Assembly (NCBI GenBank): GCA_022560555.1 | Contig: JADFSZ010000008.1 | Span: 1 to 19,518 of the forward strand | Source: PVC group bacterium | GTDB taxonomy: Bacteria > GCA-001730085 > JADFSZ01 | Direction: 5' to 3' | Length of the DNA stretch: 19,518 bases | In this document: positions 16,841-19,518 of the stretch, piece after piece | How positions within the stretch are numbered: position 1 is the stretch's first letter | How the letters are laid out: each line of letters begins with the position of its first letter | Notes under the pieces: model-generated | The model's input: only the letters and a program-made list of their open reading frames with translations | The model's database searches: none | Told to the model about the DNA's origin: nothing | Made by a program: the position numbers and the translations under genes

Positions 16841-17928
16841 TGAAAAGAGAACTCACCTCTTTGTCGCCTATGCGGCTGGCGGCCAAAAAACTCATGAGAC
16901 ATAAATTGGCTCTTTGGAGTTTTTTTATCCTTCTTGTATTTTACATTTTGGCTATATTTGCCGGATTTTTTTCTCCTTATGCCTATGACAAGTCCGTTCC
17001 AAAAAAAGCGTATCATCCTCCCGTAAAAATACGATTTGTGGATGAAAATAATAAATTTCATTTTCGTCCCTTTATTTATGAAACGCGATTGGAGATTAAA
17101 GACGGGTCTAAAACTTACAAAAATATTACAGATAAACGCTACCCGATTAAGTTGTTTGTGAAAGCCTTCGAGTATAAAGTCTTAGGAATCTTTCCGGCCT
17201 CGCGTCACTTGTTTGGGGTAGATGAACCCGCGAAGCTGTATCTATTCGGAGCGGACTGGAATGGCCGGGATATCATTAGCCGTATTATCTACGGCGGGCG
17301 TGTTTCCTTGTCCATCGGGCTTATTGGTGTGAGCATTTCGATAAGTCTAGGAATGCTTTTTGGAGGTATCGCGGGATACTTTGGAGGATGGATTGATCAC
17401 GTGATGATGCGCCTGGTTGAGATGATTATGTCTGTGCCGGGATTTTTTCTTATGCTGACGTTAAGAAGCGTACTTCCGTTAGAATTATCTTCCACGGAAG
17501 TTTATTTGATGCTGATCGTGATTTTGTCGTTTATCGGGTGGGCCGGCATGGCCAGAGTGATTCGCGGGATTGTTTTGTCAATTAGGGAAAGTGATTATGT
17601 TTTAGCCGCCAAAGCTCTGGGAGCCAGCCATATGTCTATTATCATCAAGCATATTTTACCCAACACATCCAGTTATGTGATTGTGGCCGCGACACTATCC
17701 ATTCCGTCATATATACTAGGAGAAGCTGCGTTGTCTCTGTTGGGGCTAGGTATAACGGAGCCTCAAGTCAGTTGGGGCAATATGCTGACGCGCGCGATGA
17801 ACATTACGGACATTAAGTTTCATCCGTGGATACTGATTGCCGGATTTGCGATCTTTATTGTCACAATGTGTTTTAACTTTTTCGGGGATGGCCTTAGAGA
17901 TGCTTTGGATCCTAAAACGGGAACGTAA
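16840..17928 (+). CDS. ABC transporter permease, oligopeptide/dipeptide (OppC/DppC) family
   Basis: Permease core with AAKALGASHMSIIIKHILPN (EAA loop). GGGAGG at 16825-16830 lies 9 nt before ATG 16840 but directly abuts (0 nt spacing) the track's ATG 16831, so 16840 is preferred. Confidence 0.9.
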   Translation: MKRELTSLSPMRLAAKKLMRHKLALWSFFILLVFYILAIFAGFFSPYAYDKSVPKKAYHPPVKIRFVDENNKFHFRPFIYETRLEIKDGSKTYKNITDKRYPIKLFVKAFEYKVLGIFPASRHLFGVDEPAKLYLFGADWNGRDIISRIIYGGRVSLSIGLIGVSISISLGMLFGGIAGYFGGWIDHVMMRLVEMIMSVPGFFLMLTLRSVLPLELSSTEVYLMLIVILSFIGWAGMARVIRGIVLSIRESDYVLAAKALGASHMSIIIKHILPNTSSYVIVAATLSIPSYILGEAALSLLGLGITEPQVSWGNMLTRAMNITDIKFHPWILIAGFAIFIVTMCFNFFGDGLRDALDPKTGT

Positions 17929-17933
17929 AATCC

Positions 17934-18004
17934 GTAAATGGTAAATAGTAAATAGTAAATAGTAAAAACAAAAACAAAAGCAGAAACGCAAACACAAACA
18001 TAAG
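17934..18004. repeat. compound simple-sequence tract: 5 x heptamer (GTAAATG, GTAAATA x3, GTAAAAA) followed by 6 x C-phased A-rich hexamer (CAAAAA CAAAAG CAGAAA CGCAAA CACAAA CATAAG)
   Basis: Read directly from the sequence. It fills essentially the whole 78-nt spacer between the OppC-like stop (17926-17928) and the OppD-like ATG (18007). Confidence 0.9.
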
Positions 18005-18006
18005 CT

Positions 18007-18984
18007 ATGACAGACACTCTTTTAGATGTGAAGGATTTAAAAATCGCTTTTCAGACTCTGTGGGGGGTAAATACGGTGGTCGATAAAGTTGACTTTTGTG
18101 TTGACAATAAAGAAGTGGTTGCGTTTGTCGGTGAGTCCGGATGCGGAAAAAGCGTGACCGCCATGAGCTTAACTCGAATTATGCCTTCGCCTCCCGCTCG
18201 AATTCTCGAGGGGAGTGTTGTCTTTAATGGGGTTGATTTGCTAAGAAAGAGTGAAAAGTATTTACGGGGAATTCGAGGAAAAGATATTTCTTATATTTTT
18301 CAAGAGCCTTCTCTCGCTCTCAATCCGGTTTATTCAATCGGAAACCAGATTGCTGAGTCGATGAAAATTCATAAGAATCTCTCGAAAGGAGAGATGGAAG
18401 ATGCCCTCATAAAGTCATTGAATGATGTTTTAATTCCGGAGCCTAAAGACAGGCTGAAAAGTTATCCTCATCAGCTGTCCGGTGGGATGAAGCAGCGTGT
18501 GATGATTGCCATGGCTCTCATGTGCGAACCAAAGCTTCTTATCGCGGATGAGCCAACCACAGCTCTGGATGTCACTGTTCAAAGAGAAATATTGAATTTA
18601 CTAAAGCACTTGCATGAAACAAAGGGGATGTCGATACTGTTAACAACACATGACTTTGGGATTGTTCAAAATATCAGCCATCGGATTTATGTGATGTATG
18701 CGGGAGAAGTCGTTGAGACCTCCTCAACGGAAGAGCTTTTCAAAAATCCAAAACATCCATACACAAAAGCTCTATTAGGGTCAATTCCATGTCGAGCCCG
18801 CCGGGCCGAAAAACTAAACAGTATCCCGGGGGAAGTGCCAAAAAAACTGGACGGACTCGAGGGATGCCGATTTGCCAACCGGTGTGAATTTGTTCAAGAT
18901 GATTGCCGTCGGACGCATCCGGAATTAGAAAAAATTAATGAAAGGACCTCTGTCAGATGCCCTTATTGGAAGTCACTGATTTAA
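18007..18984 (+). CDS. ABC transporter ATP-binding protein, oligopeptide/dipeptide (OppD/DppD) family
   Basis: Walker A GESGCGKS, signature LSGGMKQR, Walker [13 protein letters not shown] and an Opp/Dpp C-terminal extension with four Cys. There is no SD upstream of the ATG. Confidence 0.9.
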   Translation: MTDTLLDVKDLKIAFQTLWGVNTVVDKVDFCVDNKEVVAFVGESGCGKSVTAMSLTRIMPSPPARILEGSVVFNGVDLLRKSEKYLRGIRGKDISYIFQEPSLALNPVYSIGNQIAESMKIHKNLSKGEMEDALIKSLNDVLIPEPKDRLKSYPHQLSGGMKQRVMIAMALMCEPKLLIADEPTTALDVTVQREILNLLKHLHETKGMSILLTTHDFGIVQNISHRIYVMYAGEVVETSSTEELFKNPKHPYTKALLGSIPCRARRAEKLNSIPGEVPKKLDGLEGCRFANRCEFVQDDCRRTHPELEKINERTSVRCPYWKSLI

Positions 18985-19518
18985 AAAAACAATTTCAAAT
19001 GCACCAATCACCATTTAAAAATAAGGGTGAAAAACGTGTATTAGCCGTTGATGGGGTCTCATTTTCTATTGAGAAGGCCGAAACTGTTGGTCTTGTCGGG
19101 GAGTCAGGTTGCGGAAAAACCACTATAGCAAAAATGATTTTGGGTTTTATCAAACCTGATGATGGCCAAATTTGTATTCAGGGTACAGATATCTGGGAAA
19201 ATCGCAGACGGTCCATAAGAAAGCTTGCGCGTGTTGTCCAAATCGTATTTCAGGATCCCTACGGCTCCCTGAATCCGAAATGGCCTGTCGGACAAATTGT
19301 TCAGGAAGGGATCACGATTCATGAAAGCTCCTTGAAGGCTTCTCAAGTTGAGCAACGGGTTTGTGAACTTTTGATGTCTGTGGGACTCGATCCGGATTGT
19401 AAAAATCGATATCCGCATGAATTCAGTGGGGGACAGCGTCAACGTATCGGCATTGCTCGTGCTCTTTCGGTTAAACCCCAGTTTATTGTCGCGGATGAAC
19501 CGGTGTCAAGCCTTGATG
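18957..19518 (+). CDS. ABC transporter ATP-binding protein, oligopeptide/dipeptide (OppF/DppF) family; 3' end truncated by the window edge
   Basis: Not in the track because no stop lies in the window. ATG 18957 is the first start after an in-frame TGA, with AAGGA 10 nt upstream. Product begins [13 protein letters not shown]...[12 protein letters not shown] (Walker A) and continues ...FSGGQRQRIGIARAL...IVADEPVSSLD. It overlaps the OppD-like gene by 28 nt. Confidence 0.9.
   Translation, partial: MPLLEVTDLKKQFQMHQSPFKNKGEKRVLAVDGVSFSIEKAETVGLVGESGCGKTTIAKMILGFIKPDDGQICIQGTDIWENRRRSIRKLARVVQIVFQDPYGSLNPKWPVGQIVQEGITIHESSLKASQVEQRVCELLMSVGLDPDCKNRYPHEFSGGQRQRIGIARALSVKPQFIVADEPVSSLD

Noticed and set aside
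17746-18017. Two minus-strand ORFs containing CVCVSAFVFVFTIYYLLFTIY-type sequence
   Set aside because: They are artefacts of translating the simple-sequence repeat backwards and are antisense to the OppC-like 3' end.
1-19518. Search for CRISPR arrays, tRNA/rRNA genes, IS elements, integrases and long direct or inverted repeats marking a mobile island
   Set aside because: None was seen by eye. Coding density is very high and no gene has mobile-element signatures. A computational repeat and covariance-model scan would be needed to exclude small ncRNAs.

Overview
This is a compact, gene-dense chromosomal segment from a moderately AT-rich bacterium. It uses the standard genetic code: TGA, TAA and TAG all act as stops, and I saw no in-frame recoding. 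Gene content (PilB/PilC, ABC importer, signal-peptide protein) suggests a diderm. I cannot place the lineage from sequence alone.

Gene order:
- (+) the 3' end of an unidentified Cys/His protein, an untracked 51-aa two-TM mini-protein, and a LOG/PpnN-family nucleotide nucleosidase
- (-) a 1207-aa secreted multidomain glycoside hydrolase
- (-) a solitary beta-class N6/N4 DNA methyltransferase
- (+) gpmA, a patatin-like phospholipase and an ICMT-family membrane methyltransferase
- (-) a DAG-kinase-family lipid kinase
- (+) an unbroken ~9.7 kb co-directional array: pilB, pilC, a pilS-like kinase, a pilR-like sigma54 activator and OppB/C/D/F-type ABC transporter genes. The last gene is truncated by the window edge.

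I found no rRNA, tRNA, CRISPR array, transposase, integrase or phage genes, and no recognisable defence island. I also do not see a convincing self-contained novel system.

The observations most worth a second look:
- a structured heptamer/hexamer A-rich repeat that replaces a Shine-Dalgarno site in front of the OppD-like gene
- an 11-codon relay mini-ORF bridging the two permease genes
- the pilBC-pilSR block, which has no pilin, no pilT and no sigma54 promoter and runs straight into a transporter with no binding-protein gene in the window
- the domain architecture of the giant hydrolase
- the solitary methyltransferase, whose -10 box sits inside an imperfect palindrome
- a translationally coupled patatin/ICMT pair

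Several start codons in the supplied ORF track look too far upstream: gpmA, the OppC-like gene, and probably the patatin and lipid-kinase genes.
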